Positions 36,694-48,213 of a DNA stretch of 64,000 nt are shown here, in pieces (position 1 is the stretch's first letter; each line of letters opens with the position of its first letter). A program made the position numbers and the translations under genes. A model generated the notes under the pieces. It saw nothing but the letters and a program-made list of their open reading frames with translations, did not search any database and was not told the origin of the DNA. This stretch comes from Callorhinchus milii (Eukaryota). The stretch is from NCBI RefSeq assembly GCF_018977255.1, contig NW_024704742.1, forward strand, positions 124,994,001 to 125,058,000, read 5' to 3'.

Positions 36694-39600
36694 GATGTAG
36701 TGCCGTTCGTGTCAGGAGGACATTTCAAATCGCTTCACAGGATTTTACATAAAGTGTAGTGACTATGTAAATGTAGGCAGATACAGCAGCAAATTTGCTC
36801 TCACCCACAAATTAAAGTGAATGACCAATTTTATCTTGTGGATTGTTGGTCAGGACACTGGGAGATACTTCCTTCTCAGCAATAAACAAAGCATCACCTT
36901 GGCTATAGTGCTCTGGTCAGTTTGCACCTAGAGTACTGCATACAGTTCTGATCACTGCAACGTAAGACAACTGCCCAGGCCCAGGTGTAGGTTTAGACTA
37001 TGTAAGTTCCAAGTACTGTCATGGAACTTGCACACCACAACCTTCTGATTCAGAGGTGAGAGTGTTACATCGGGACCATCAAGGAATTCAATTATCTGAA
37101 AATAATTTTAAATACGCTCATACATTATTACTGGTATAAAATTGTGCCTCTGCAAAAACTCTAATGCAATACAATGTGCCTATAAATCTATTATGCCAAC
37201 CAATCTTCCAAAAAAATCTGGGTTTTAATTCATATTTGACCACAAAATGAGGCTTGGCAAATGATGCTGACCTATACGTGGATGGCTAAGTTAATGCAGC
37301 ATTAAATCCAACAGGATCAGATGACCCCATTGGGTGATCTACAGCTTCTATGTTCAAAGGCAAAGTATTAATTAGAGAATGCAGAGGCCAACAGGTGGTG
37401 GACCCTATTGCTGGCAATGCTCACATCCCCCCGAGGAAGCAGTGATCAGGATATTTGGCAGGAAGAGGGTTGACTGCATGAACAAGCCTGTGTGGGAGCA
37501 AAACAAAGACCAATACTCAGTCTCTACCTACATTTTTTATTCTAGAAAAGTGGCAATATTTTGCACAAGATCTTAAGCACAGCTACAATAACAAAAGTGT
37601 CAATCTTTCCATTCATTTCAACTTTTTTTAATCTTATTCAAACTTGTCTTTTTTCAGTTGAGTATACTTAACCTTGACTACTCTTATCTTTTCTGTTAGT
37701 TTAGCTGTGTGAAGCACATTGAAATGTCCTCCCGATGTGTGAATGGTGCTATATAAAGGTAAATTGCTATTGTTGATATTGAACTAAGCTATGCTGTGGT
37801 TACTGTTCCCCAAATGCTAATTCCAGATTACCCACATTCTGCTTTAGATTGCCACAATTTAAATCAAGTGCTGTTTCCTTCCTTTTCAGCTGGTAAATTG
37901 CACCTTAGGATGGCCTCCCGAAGTGAAAGATGCTATAAATATGTAAATTTGTATTGTATTTCAAGGAAACAGTGTAAAAATATTCTCCCCATTTTGACCA
38001 ACATGATCTTCTTTATCCTAATCTATCTTTATATAATTCAAATCGAAGGTCTCTTTTTATTTAGTTACTCTGCACATTTCTAAATTGCCTGCGAATTCCA
38101 TTGTCTATTTTTTTCCCATTATTCGCATATATGCCCAATAAAGTGGCAGCTCCCTTACTTTTCTGGCTACACGTTGCAACAATCCATGTAGAATTACTCC
38201 TTTGACCACCTTATTTGTGGTACAGTGTAAAGCTCCACGGACTCATCCAGACACCTGAATCTCTCCACCAACCACATATATTTTACATTAATCCTGGTTA
38301 CATAATAATTTCCACCAGGTTAAATTGACTGTGTGATAAGTTAGGAACATAGAAAAAGAACACATTGAGACTATACAGCCCATCAAGTCTTTTCCATTAA
38401 TTTCTTAGAAGTTTTTTTTAATTCCAATACCTCATCATTTCATCCTACTCCTCTATACTTCTACTAGCCAACAATTGTCTATAGCTCTTTTAAAATTATG
38501 TCCAAAATTGAATGGATTCATTCAGCTGGCTCCACTTTTCCATCATCTTTCTCCCCTGTTCCACCTCTGTGGCTTTGTATTTACTTGGCTTCACTCTTTC
38601 CTGTCCTAAAGTCTTCACTTCACTTCCTCCAATGATTTCTCCTCCCACCCCCACACAGTCACATGTGTCATTTCTCAGAGCTTTATCCACAGCCCTCTGT
38701 TCGTCACCATAATTAAAAGGAATCTTAAAGAATGTGAGGAATGAGCAGAAAAACAGAATAAGACAAGTGGCTTATGTGGTGTAAATCGCCTACACAACTT
38801 TGTTGGGTTGATTGGCCTGTTTTTGTGCTGTAACATTCAATAATTCAACATATTTATTGGCAAAGAATGATTCGCTAAATCTAATTGTCTGGAGCTTGCT
38901 GTGGGTTTTCCTGACTAACATATTGATCACAGTTAATAACTACAGTAAAGGTACTTATTGTTGCAATAAAACAGAGCAGTCATTATATTTGATTGCTGTG
39001 ACAGGCATTGACAGTGTTGGAACAGTACTGGCAATCATTTCATATCTGATTAAGTATGAAAAGAAATTGACATCCAACTACACAGCAGAAGATAATTGAG
39101 TTATTTTCCCAAGACATTACACGTAAGCATTTTGTATTTTAAAAGATTTACAGCAAAACAAATCTAATAACAGCCTTCAATGCCATTGAATTTCTACGCT
39201 AAAATGCAGAGCAAGTCATGTTTCTTCATTTAATAATTACAAATAATGCTTTGTTTCACATTGTGATTCTTTTATTGTAGATTTGCACAAATGAATACAA
39301 CAGCAACAAGTTACATTTTGTTGTCTCTCATCATGGTCTCGTATACAATGATTTCTAAGGGATTTTTTAATAATACTGGAGTAATTCACCCTACATAAGG
39401 GAGCTCTACATTCAGGAGATTCACTTTTGGAATATGGTTCCCGTGAGTCAGCTTGATTTACTTCTATTGCCATTCGGTTTTGTTATTCAAGAATATCATT
39501 AGAAAATGTTGCATGTTAGTCCCCGTTCCTGATGAGCAATAAATGCTGGTCCATCATCCACATCTCGAGAAAGAGTAACGTCTATTGTTGATGGCACACA

Positions 39601-41414
39601 CCTTATATTTCCACAGTTAGGTAGTGAATGTTTCTTTTCTTTCAGTCATAACATCATTAAATATCGAGAACCAGTTTTGACTGTTGTTTGCTGGCTTATC
39701 AGTTGGCTTGTAATTTTAGTTGCACAGTGAAATAAAATAATTAAATGGCAAATAACACGCTTGACTTCTGGAAGACCAAAGTCACTTTCATTTCAAAGAG
39801 CTGGTATTTGTTACTCCACACGTGCTAAATACATCATGACCCCTGCATTTTGACTTGAATTCCACACTGCTTAGCTTTCTGCAAGTCCAAATTTAGAGGT
39901 GAAATAGTATCTCCCGTGAGTCATAGCCTGGAGGGACTGCTGTTGATTTGCACATTCTCCTGGCACCTGCATCTTAACTTTATCCTACTCCACAGGCAGA
40001 GCTGAGAGGTAAGGCAGGCCATGCTGGCGTATCCTACAGTGGTGGGTATCAACAGCAGTACCAGGGGGGGATTAAAGTGAACAAGTGAACATCTGCTTGA
40101 GAAACATGAGTGCAAATGATATTTTCACATGTTAAGCCACCAATAGCCTGAGGTAGGAAGGCTAGGTTCCTGACAGATGAGATACCTCTGCCAGCAGGTA
40201 TATATCCAGTCCATCTGTCTGTATGGTTTGCCTCCACTGCTAGGGTGAAGGAAGCAAAAGAGCCCAGAAAACAGGGCCCTCTATTATTTCTGTAACTGTC
40301 CCAGGAGAGTAAAGCAACAACACAAGAGCAAGGTGCCTGAAAGCGAAACCGAGGGAGGGTTTGAATGTCATTCCCTCCCCATCTGATCAGCAAGATGATT
40401 ACTTACCCCAGTTTGTGTGAAGACATTCAGAAGTTCACCAGGAGCTGTTCGGCGAAAACTGATCACATCTGACTGAGAGGACATTTGAAAAGAAGCAGAT
40501 TGGTGAATGTCAATCTAGTCTGAATCAGTTTTGACTGACTTGTCAAAGTAATAACAACCACAGTATCATAATACAGTATCGTAGAATGTTACAACGCAGA
40601 AACATGTCTTGCAGTTTATCAAGTCCTGGCTGTGATTTTCGCCTCAAGACAATGGAGAGAAAGGGATGGGAGGGGAAGTATTAATGGCTTGTTGGTGTTG
40701 TTCTGACTATGAAGGGAACAGACTTGATGAGGAGACAATGGCTGATTGGTTGTGTGCGAGCTATGAAGAAAACAGACTTCTCTAAAAGTTCCCCCATTTA
40801 TTGAATGCAATCTGCTTTATTGTGATTCCTGTGAAATGCTTTGAGACACTCTCCTATTATGAAAGGTGCAACAACAATACCTTGCATTTATACATGTGGG
40901 GTAGCATCCCAGAGCGCTTTATAACAAATACAGGGATTACTATTATTTAATTATAAAATAGTACCATAATTGTGGTGAATATTCAAAGTCTTTGTTTTCC
41001 ATTTTTCTTAAATTACATCTGGCTCTTCAATCTTTCAGCTTGAACAGATCAAATGAATCAACAAATGTCACATTTCAAACAAGCAATAAATCGCTAAGTA
41101 ACCAAATCTTACTTTTAACCATCCTTCCAGACTTCTGTGGGATCATACAAGATCATCTGCTCAAGAATACTATTCCTGCTCTTTCTAGATTGTTTTCTCA
41201 CTCTCAATTTGCTGTGTCTGTAATGTGTACATCTTCATATCAATGAAGAAACTAAGGTATACAATTCTCATGCATGTTCCTCAACTTACAACAATTTCTT
41301 CTTAACACCTCGCCTTCTTCAACAAAAACGTAATGTGAACTGATAATTAGCTGCTTTCAGCAGATGACTGAAAGTGCATGATTGAAGAGGTACATCTTGA
41401 AATGTGCCGTGAAT

Positions 41415-41648
41415 GAGGGGAAGGAGGGAATCAGAGGAGACTCTGAGATGATGTTCCAGAGAATAAGGCTAAAATCCCACCTAGCGATAGAGAGGGGGAT
41501 ATGAAGCAGGCTGGTGTTTGCTGAATGAAAGGGGTAGTCGTGTTGGTAGGGTTGGAGGGTGTCATGGAGGGTGGGACGAAACCATAGAGAGATTTGGAAG
41601 TGAGAATAAGGATCTTAAATACGATCCGCTCAGGGTTGGGGAGCCATA
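41415..41648 (-). mobile_element. Decayed L2 fragment
   Basis: WLPNPERIVFKILILTSKSLYGFVP. Confidence 0.72.
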
Positions 41649-42084
41649 TCAATGAGAAATCAATGAGAAATTAGATCTTGTATTCCTATGTAAGAAACAT
41701 TTCTGCCACAAGTTAGGGCCAATAGGATAGTCTTCAAGAGGACAGACACTATGTGTATACATATGTCAATTACTCAACTCGAGCACTTTGTTTTCAGTCA
41801 GCCAAGTAACTGACACTTGTGGAATCCCTCCACCATATCTGCGATGTATCCAAACCACACTGAAATCTCCATATATGATTGGCACCTACATATGTGTCAT
41901 ATAGAATAACATAGAATTATTTATACACACAGATCCAGAGCATTTGGCCCAACTTGCCCATGTCAAGTACACTCCTCTATCCCCTTCTCTCTCACCTATG
42001 CATCATGTTTTCTCTTAAATACATTGGTGCTTTTTACTTCAAAATTGATTCCATTCTCTGGAATGGAATGTGCACTCTCTCACT

Positions 42085-42925
42085 AGAGGAATGCACCCTG
42101 GTGCTATCACACAACTACTCAAAAAACCAACCCTCGATCTCTTTAATCTCTCACACTACCATCCCATTTCCAACCTACCCTTCCTTCCTTCTCTGCCGTG
42201 TTCAACACAGTCAACCACGGCATCCTCCTCCAAAGCCTCTCCTCCCTCATCTATCTTAGTGTGACTGCACTTGCATGGTTCGAGTTCCACTTAACCAACC
42301 GCCTCCATTTCATCTCGCCAAATGATTTCTCCTCTCACTCCCACCAGGTCACCTGCGGGATACCCCAGGACTCCATCCTTGGCCTCTTCTTTTCCTTACC
42401 TATATGCTCACTCTGAGGGATGTCATCCACAGATATGGGGTAAACTTCCACATGTATGTAGATGATATACAAATCTACTTTGCCTCCTCCAGTACCAACT
42501 CCAGATCTGCTGATGTTCTATCAGCTTGTCTGGCAGACATCGGGTGCAAACTTCCTGCAGCTGAAGTGAACAAAACAGAAGCCATACTCCTTGGCTTCCA
42601 TCGATGTCTTCACTCTTGTGGTTCTGAACAACTCAACCTCCCTGGGATAACCCTCAGACTCACTGAACCAGTGCGCAATCTAGGCATCTGGTTTGACCCT
42701 GAGCTGTCCTTCCTCCCTCACATCTGGTCCCTGACCAAGACTGTCTTCTTCCATCTCCGCCACATTGCCAGCATCCGACTGTACCTTACTCCAAATGCAG
42801 CCGAAACCCTTGTGTATGCTTTTGTCACCACCCCCCAGCTCGGAGACAAGTTACACCACAGTTAAGTGCTCTGAGACTCTACCTTGTGTCGAGGATGCTA
42901 TATAAGTGCAAGTTGTTGTTGTTAT
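42085..42925 (+). mobile_element. L2 RT fragment with internal deletions and second tail type
   Basis: LKKPTLD...[39 protein letters not shown]; tail TATATAAGTGCAA(GTT)n. Confidence 0.92.
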
Positions 42926-43251
42926 TACTTAGCTCAATCTGGAAAGTATTAGGCACAGGTTAGCAAGATCCAAGACTTTGGAACCCAAAGTATAATGGGA
43001 TACTGCTGGAATTTAAACAACCCAAACAGTCTTGATAGCTGCCCGCTTTGTCAGCTAAGACGACCCTACCCATTGGATCTTTGGCTTGCAGGGATAACCA
43101 AAGCCAAATGACGAGGTCTCTCCTTCCATTGATTATTGATGAGCCAGGCTGGCTGGTCTGTCATCAACAGTGCCTTGGAGTACTGCAGGTCAACTTAGCT
43201 CAGGAACTTGACCACCAGAGAGTATTCAGTCAATTCCAATAGTCCTTTCAC

Positions 43252-43378
43252 AAAACAAAAACAGAAAGAGCTGGGAGAATTCAGCAGGTCAGGCAGCATC
43301 TATGGAGAAAGGAAAGTGAGTCAACGTTTCGAGACCACGACTCTTCGTCAGAACGGGGTGGTGGACCCGAAACATTAC
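43252..43378. mobile_element. Penelope-like element terminal-repeat remnant
   Basis: CAGCAGGTCAGGCAGCATCTATGGAGA...GTCAACGTTTCGAGACC with a partial inverted copy GGACCCGAAACATTA; carries a hammerhead core; family assignment from memory. Confidence 0.62.
43320..43354 (-). ncRNA. Minimal type I hammerhead ribozyme motif
   Basis: Minus strand GTT-CTGACGA-A-GAG(TCGTGGT)CTC-GAAA-CGTT-GAC: CUGANGA and GAAA boxes, 3-bp stem II, palindromic ACGU stem III, GUU cleavage triplet, 3-bp stem I. Confidence 0.6.
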
Positions 43379-44671
43379 CAGGTGCCTCACCTTGGCACGT
43401 CTGAGCCCCTAGAAGATCCTGCTTACCTCCCCCATTTAAATTAGCAAACTTAAAGCCTTTCATAAAATATGGTTACCTTTGCCTCAGATTTGTTTTCTCT
43501 AGATTTTTAAGATGTTCTGGAAAAGGAACAAATTAGTAAGTTTTAATTTAGGAACAAATCCTCATTTAAAGCCCCATAGGCTTATAGATATTATATAAGG
43601 GGCAACTTGGTAGTTTACATCTCATTTCCACCTTCCATCTGTCTCTGAACCATCTGAGCCTGATCAGATATTCGTTAACAAGTGTTAGGTTTGAGCTGAG
43701 TTAGATGAAGCTCATTAGCTGATAACAGTAACAATTTAAGTTGGAAGAAATAACCAAATGCGTAAAATGCCTTGCGTGAAATATACAATAGTTGCAAAGA
43801 TCTTTTGAGCTACGAAGTTATAAAAAAATTGCTAGGGTCATAAATGGTTCAATATAAACTGTAGGTTTTAATCCATTTCGTCATGATATGCTGCTTACAG
43901 CAAGTTTGTGGGCATCAACAGTAATGTATTTGAAAAGCAGAGCTGTCTGTAATCATTTTGGTAGAATTATGATGGCTTCCACAATCTACAGCTTTCATTC
44001 TGCAGTAAACTCAGAGAGTGTATTGGAAATTAATTTTAAAGCAGAATGTTATTGGTTTTATATCTCTGGTTTGAAAACAAATTGGAATTGAAATGTCTAC
44101 ATCACTAACTGTATGGAGTAAAAATAATCTAAAGTCTAAAATGCTGAAGGGATACAAGAATGAATAAAAAAATCTGCACACCAATTTTCCCAATGTTCTT
44201 TGAGTTGAGGTGTACTCAGTTCAATTCATACATAACCTAAAATTATGTTCAGGATTTACTAAATCCTAGCTCCACTGCAAATCAGTTGCTCTACCTTCAG
44301 AGAGTCAACTGTAAAACCACTTTAAATGTGTGTCTTAAGCACATATAGGCCCAAACATTCAATATTCCAATCCACTGTGTCTTATCTTATCACACAGTAA
44401 TTTAAAGTATTATTCCTATTTACCAATGTAATAAGCAATACTTCAGATTATAAAATGGAAATAAAGCAGATATATAAATATCATTGAGACGTATGGATAT
44501 TAGTTTAAGCATTTTCAAAAGTTCAAAGTCTATTTAGAAATTCAGAGGCAGCAGATCCTTGTATACCCTGCTTTCTCAGGTATACATCAAGTTTTTTCTT
44601 AAATAGTTTGATGCCTTTTTCTCTTCAAAAAATTATAATTTATAATGATATAAAATATGCTAGTCTTGGCC

Positions 44672-44940
44672 TGTGACCTGGCCAACAATCCTCCAAATAA
44701 AAAAATTGATCATTCACTGTTCTGTGAAGCGCTTTGGGACGTCCTCCCGACGTGAAAAGCGCTATATCAAATGCAAGGATTATTATTATTATTATTATTA
44801 TTATTTACAGGGCATCGCTATGTACAAATTGGTTGCAGCAAAACATAAAGTCACTGCACTTTACAATATGAAACGCTTTGGGATATCCTCCCAGCTTGAA
44901 AGACGCTATACCATATGTAAGGATTATTATTATTGTTGTC
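44672..44940 (+). mobile_element. Two tandem SINE 3' segments
   Basis: Young-type tail AGCGCTTTGGGACGTCCTCCCGACGTGAAAAGCGCT-(ATT)n followed by a more decayed core and tail. Confidence 0.82.
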
Positions 44941-45980
44941 AATATGAGGCATTCTGATCTTGGCAAAACTGTCTGAATGAGATGTTGACAGAATCTCTGT
45001 ATTTTTCATTGAGAAAGAAAGAGAGAAGTTAACCCGTCCATGGAGAGTTGTATCAACCTGTCCTGTTGTTGTGCACCTTCTGATAATAAATAATAATAAC
45101 ATTGGTAATAATAAACCTAATAAACCCAATGAACCTTGCATTTGATGTGGCACCTTATCTATTGTCAAGACGCTTCAAACCTCTTCACAGGAATATATTG
45201 TGAAGTGTGTTTTTGGGGTGAACCTGGCAAACAAATTGCACACAGCAAGGTCCCTCAGTCGGCCATGAAGTGAGTGACCAATTTTATTCTCGGCAGGCTG
45301 GATGCACCAGAGGATCATTTGAGTCATAGCATCTGAAAATCTGCTCCACTCACCATTTCAGATCTTCCTCTTAAATTCTCAAGAGAACCATCTAAACGTG
45401 ACAGAAATATTTTAGTGTTCACTTAGAATGTATCAGGGAACAAGCACTACTATAGTAATGGCTAATTGATCATTTGTCAGGAGCATGGAGTCATAGCTAA
45501 AGCAGTCAAAATAAAACATTTCAATTATTTATGCTAAAGATAAAAAAGTCATTTGAAATCTACATGATAAGTATCGCAGCAATTAAATCTCCCAGTTGCA
45601 TTATTCAGCTATCAGAATGTAAAAACTCTGTACTATTGTCATCACTTAGCTGGCAAGCATGTGACATTTAATCAATTAATCCATGTAATATTTATATTAG
45701 GGACACCATTATGACAAATTTTCATAACCGATTAATCTTGAATTGGAATTGATCACTGGGTTTGCACATAGATTTCTCTGAATAAAGATTGTGGCTTTTA
45801 AAAATTGTGCTCACTGTTCCCTCTTCTATATTTTGGAAGAGGATTTTTTTTATCATTAAAGCTGCTGAAATGTTTGCAACTGATATAGAGGCTCTGTAAC
45901 ATGGATAGTTGAATATTTGTCTACTCGAGAACCAAAAAGACACTATTACATCTGAGAGACATGAAGCCAGAGGTTGCAAT

Positions 45981-46084
45981 ATCATAGAATCATAGAATCA
46001 TAGAATTATACAGCACAGAAGGAGGCCATTCAGCCCATCATATCTGTGCCGACTCTCTTGAAAAGAGCTATCCAAATCAATTCC
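45981..46084 (-). mobile_element. CR1 3' tail with (TCATAGAA)3
   Basis: ATCATAGAATCATAGAATCATAGAATTATACAGCACAGAAGGAGGCCATTCAGCCCATC. Confidence 0.85.
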
Positions 46085-46086
46085 GA

Positions 46087-46353
46087 TTGTTCAGGTAGAT
46101 GTTCAACATCCCGTGGTACTATTCGCTAAGAGAAGGGAGTTTCTCCTGCTTTCCTAGTCAGCAATTCCCCAAATAAAATTGTTTCACTCACTCCATGGCT
46201 GTTTGTGAGACATTGTTGTGCGCAAATTCTCTGCTGCATTATACCCACAAAGTACATAGTCACTACACTTTACAGTATATCGTATGAAGTGCTTTGAGAT
46301 GTCTCGACCACGTGATAAAGTGCTATATCAAATGCAAGGATTATTATTATTAT
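46087..46353 (+). mobile_element. Old DeuSINE 3' two-thirds
   Basis: TTCAGGTAGATG...CCCGTGGTACTATTCG, Deu-like core, GCTATATCAAATGCAAGG(ATT)n. Confidence 0.8.
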
Positions 46354-46568
46354 AAATTAGACCAGGTATATGTGATCAAAATAATACAAATAACAAATCA
46401 TATTTTGTTCTCATAACAATGTTTTTCCTAATGACTACTTTCGCCACAGTTTGCAACCCTTTCATGTGATGTTATATATCTGTGCTATAATTCCTATGAT
46501 GCTATGATGTGAACCCACAGGAAAAACTCTTTAACAGTAATGACAGAAAGGTGTGTGTGACAAAATGT

Positions 46569-47010
46569 AACAACAACAACAAGATTTCATTTATAGAGCG
46601 CCTTTCACGTCGGGAGGACGTCCCAAGGCGCTGGACAGTTGGGTCGGGACCCGAGCGGGGGGAAATGGTCAGGGTGAGGGGAGGGAAGGGAGGGAGCGAG
46701 GAGGGTTAGAGAGTCGAGACGGGAGCTGAAGGCACGGTCAAAGAGAAAGGTCTTGAGACCAGCCTTGAAGGAGGAAAGGGAGGAGGCAAGGCGAAGGCAC
46801 TGGGGGATAGAGTTCCAGAGCCTGGGGGCTGAGAGGCTGAAGGCCCGGCCACCGATGGTAGGGCGGTTGGGGCGGGAGATGTGGAGCAGACTGGATCCAG
46901 CGGAACGGAGGGTACGGGCAGGTAAGTAGGGGGATAGTAGGTCGGAGAGGTAGGAGGGAGCAAGGCCGTGAATGGCCTTGTAGGTGAGGATAAGGATCTT
47001 GAATTCTATC
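46569..47010 (-). mobile_element. Young L2 3' fragment, same subfamily as 54467-56170
   Basis: Close reverse-complement match to 55645-56170. Confidence 0.95.
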
Positions 47011-47423
47011 TTGAATTATAATCTATTACAATACATATAATCTATTTGTCCTTGTCCTTCCAGTGCTGCTATGAATGGAAGGTGTCTTCCATGTACCGAC
47101 AGATTCAGCATCAGATAATACTGTTCAACCAATTCATCACCAGATAATTCCGCCTGGTGTTCAAGTTCACTCTATTTTCTTAGCATTTCAGAGCATCCAC
47201 AATTAGGTAAAATAGTTTGAAGCTTGTTTTCTGCACGTTCTTTTAAGAAATTCTGATAAAATCAAACCACTTTGACCATAGAATTTAGTTATATATCAAA
47301 ATAACTAGATTTGTCTGTTAAGGAGCAAAGATACTTTTCTTCCTTATGTGTTTCTTTAACTTGGTCTAAACACAGCTTTCACTGAGGAAAATGTTTAAGA
47401 GCAATAGTTTGAATTACGACTAG

Positions 47424-47662
47424 AACAATTTACATTTATAGAGCAGCTTTCACACCAGGAGCATCAAAGCACTTCACCTGGATATCTGGGAGCCCGAGCT
47501 GGTATGGGAGAGCTGGGGATGGCATGGTGGGTGGAGGTGGGGGGGATGGCTGAAAGTGCAGTTTGCCCACTAAGGTGGGGCAAAGCCATGGAGGCATTTT
47601 AATGTGAGGATGAGGATCTTGAATTTGATTTGCTGGGGATGGGGAGCAAGGGTGGGGTTGAT
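47424..47662 (-). mobile_element. Decayed L2 3' fragment with internal deletions
   Basis: AACAATTTACATTTATAGAGC tail; GTGAGGATGAGGATCTTGAATTTGAT (IKFKILILT on the minus strand). Confidence 0.72.
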
Positions 47663-47794
47663 CAGCTCACTGATCAATAAAGTTCTTGAACTTGCGTGAG
47701 TCACTGTTTGCTACTTTCTATATTACTAAGCTTCAATGTTTTATTCATTGAAGTCTTCAGACAGAAACACTGCCACTGCAATACAGGTAGACAG
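47660..47794 (+). repeat. Local direct duplication, copy A (partner 48079-48213)
   Basis: 135 bp; I count 4 mismatches and no indels against its partner. Confidence 0.95.
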
Positions 47795-48078
47795 ATAAGT
47801 TGCTAAACTATTATTTGGCATTCTTCTAATTCCTGTGAAACGCTCTGATATGTTTTGACGATGCGCTATAGGTAATGCAAAGATTATTATAAGTTTTTGT
47901 TGCAAAACTAATAACTGATTCAGACGTTTTCATCTTTAGTTAAATTCACATTTCAAAAGTTCTGCAAGTTTACAAACAGGTGTGATGAAGAACCAATACA
48001 AAAGTCAGTGACCTTAGATAGCACTTACTCAGACTTGTTTAATCACTATGAGTGGAACTGTAGACAGCCTTTGATTAA

Positions 48079-48213
48079 GATCAACTCACTGATCAATAAA
48101 GTCCTTGAACTTGCGTGAGTCACTGTTTGCTACTTTCTATATTACTAAGCTTCAATGTTTTATTCATTGAAGTCTTCAGACAGAAACACTGCTACCGCAA
48201 TACAGGTAGACAG
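48079..48213 (+). repeat. Local direct duplication, copy B
   Basis: GATCAACTCACTGATCAATAAAG...CAATACAGGTAGACAG. Confidence 0.95.

Larger units (their letters stand above)
35680..37070 (-). mobile_element. Old DeuSINE host, split by a SINE (35702-36693) and by a CR1 fragment (about 36880-36980)
   Basis: AATCCTTGCATTT (to 35701) resumes GATGTAGTGCC...GTCAGGAGGAC at 36694; head CACAACCTTCTGATTCAGAGGTGAGAGT at 37036-37063. Confidence 0.75.

Noticed and set aside
39996..40008. PTPRD/PTPRS mini-exon B (ELRE)
   Set aside because: Only 9 or 13 nt rather than the 12 nt needed for ELRE, and no flanking Ig-domain exons are visible in the window
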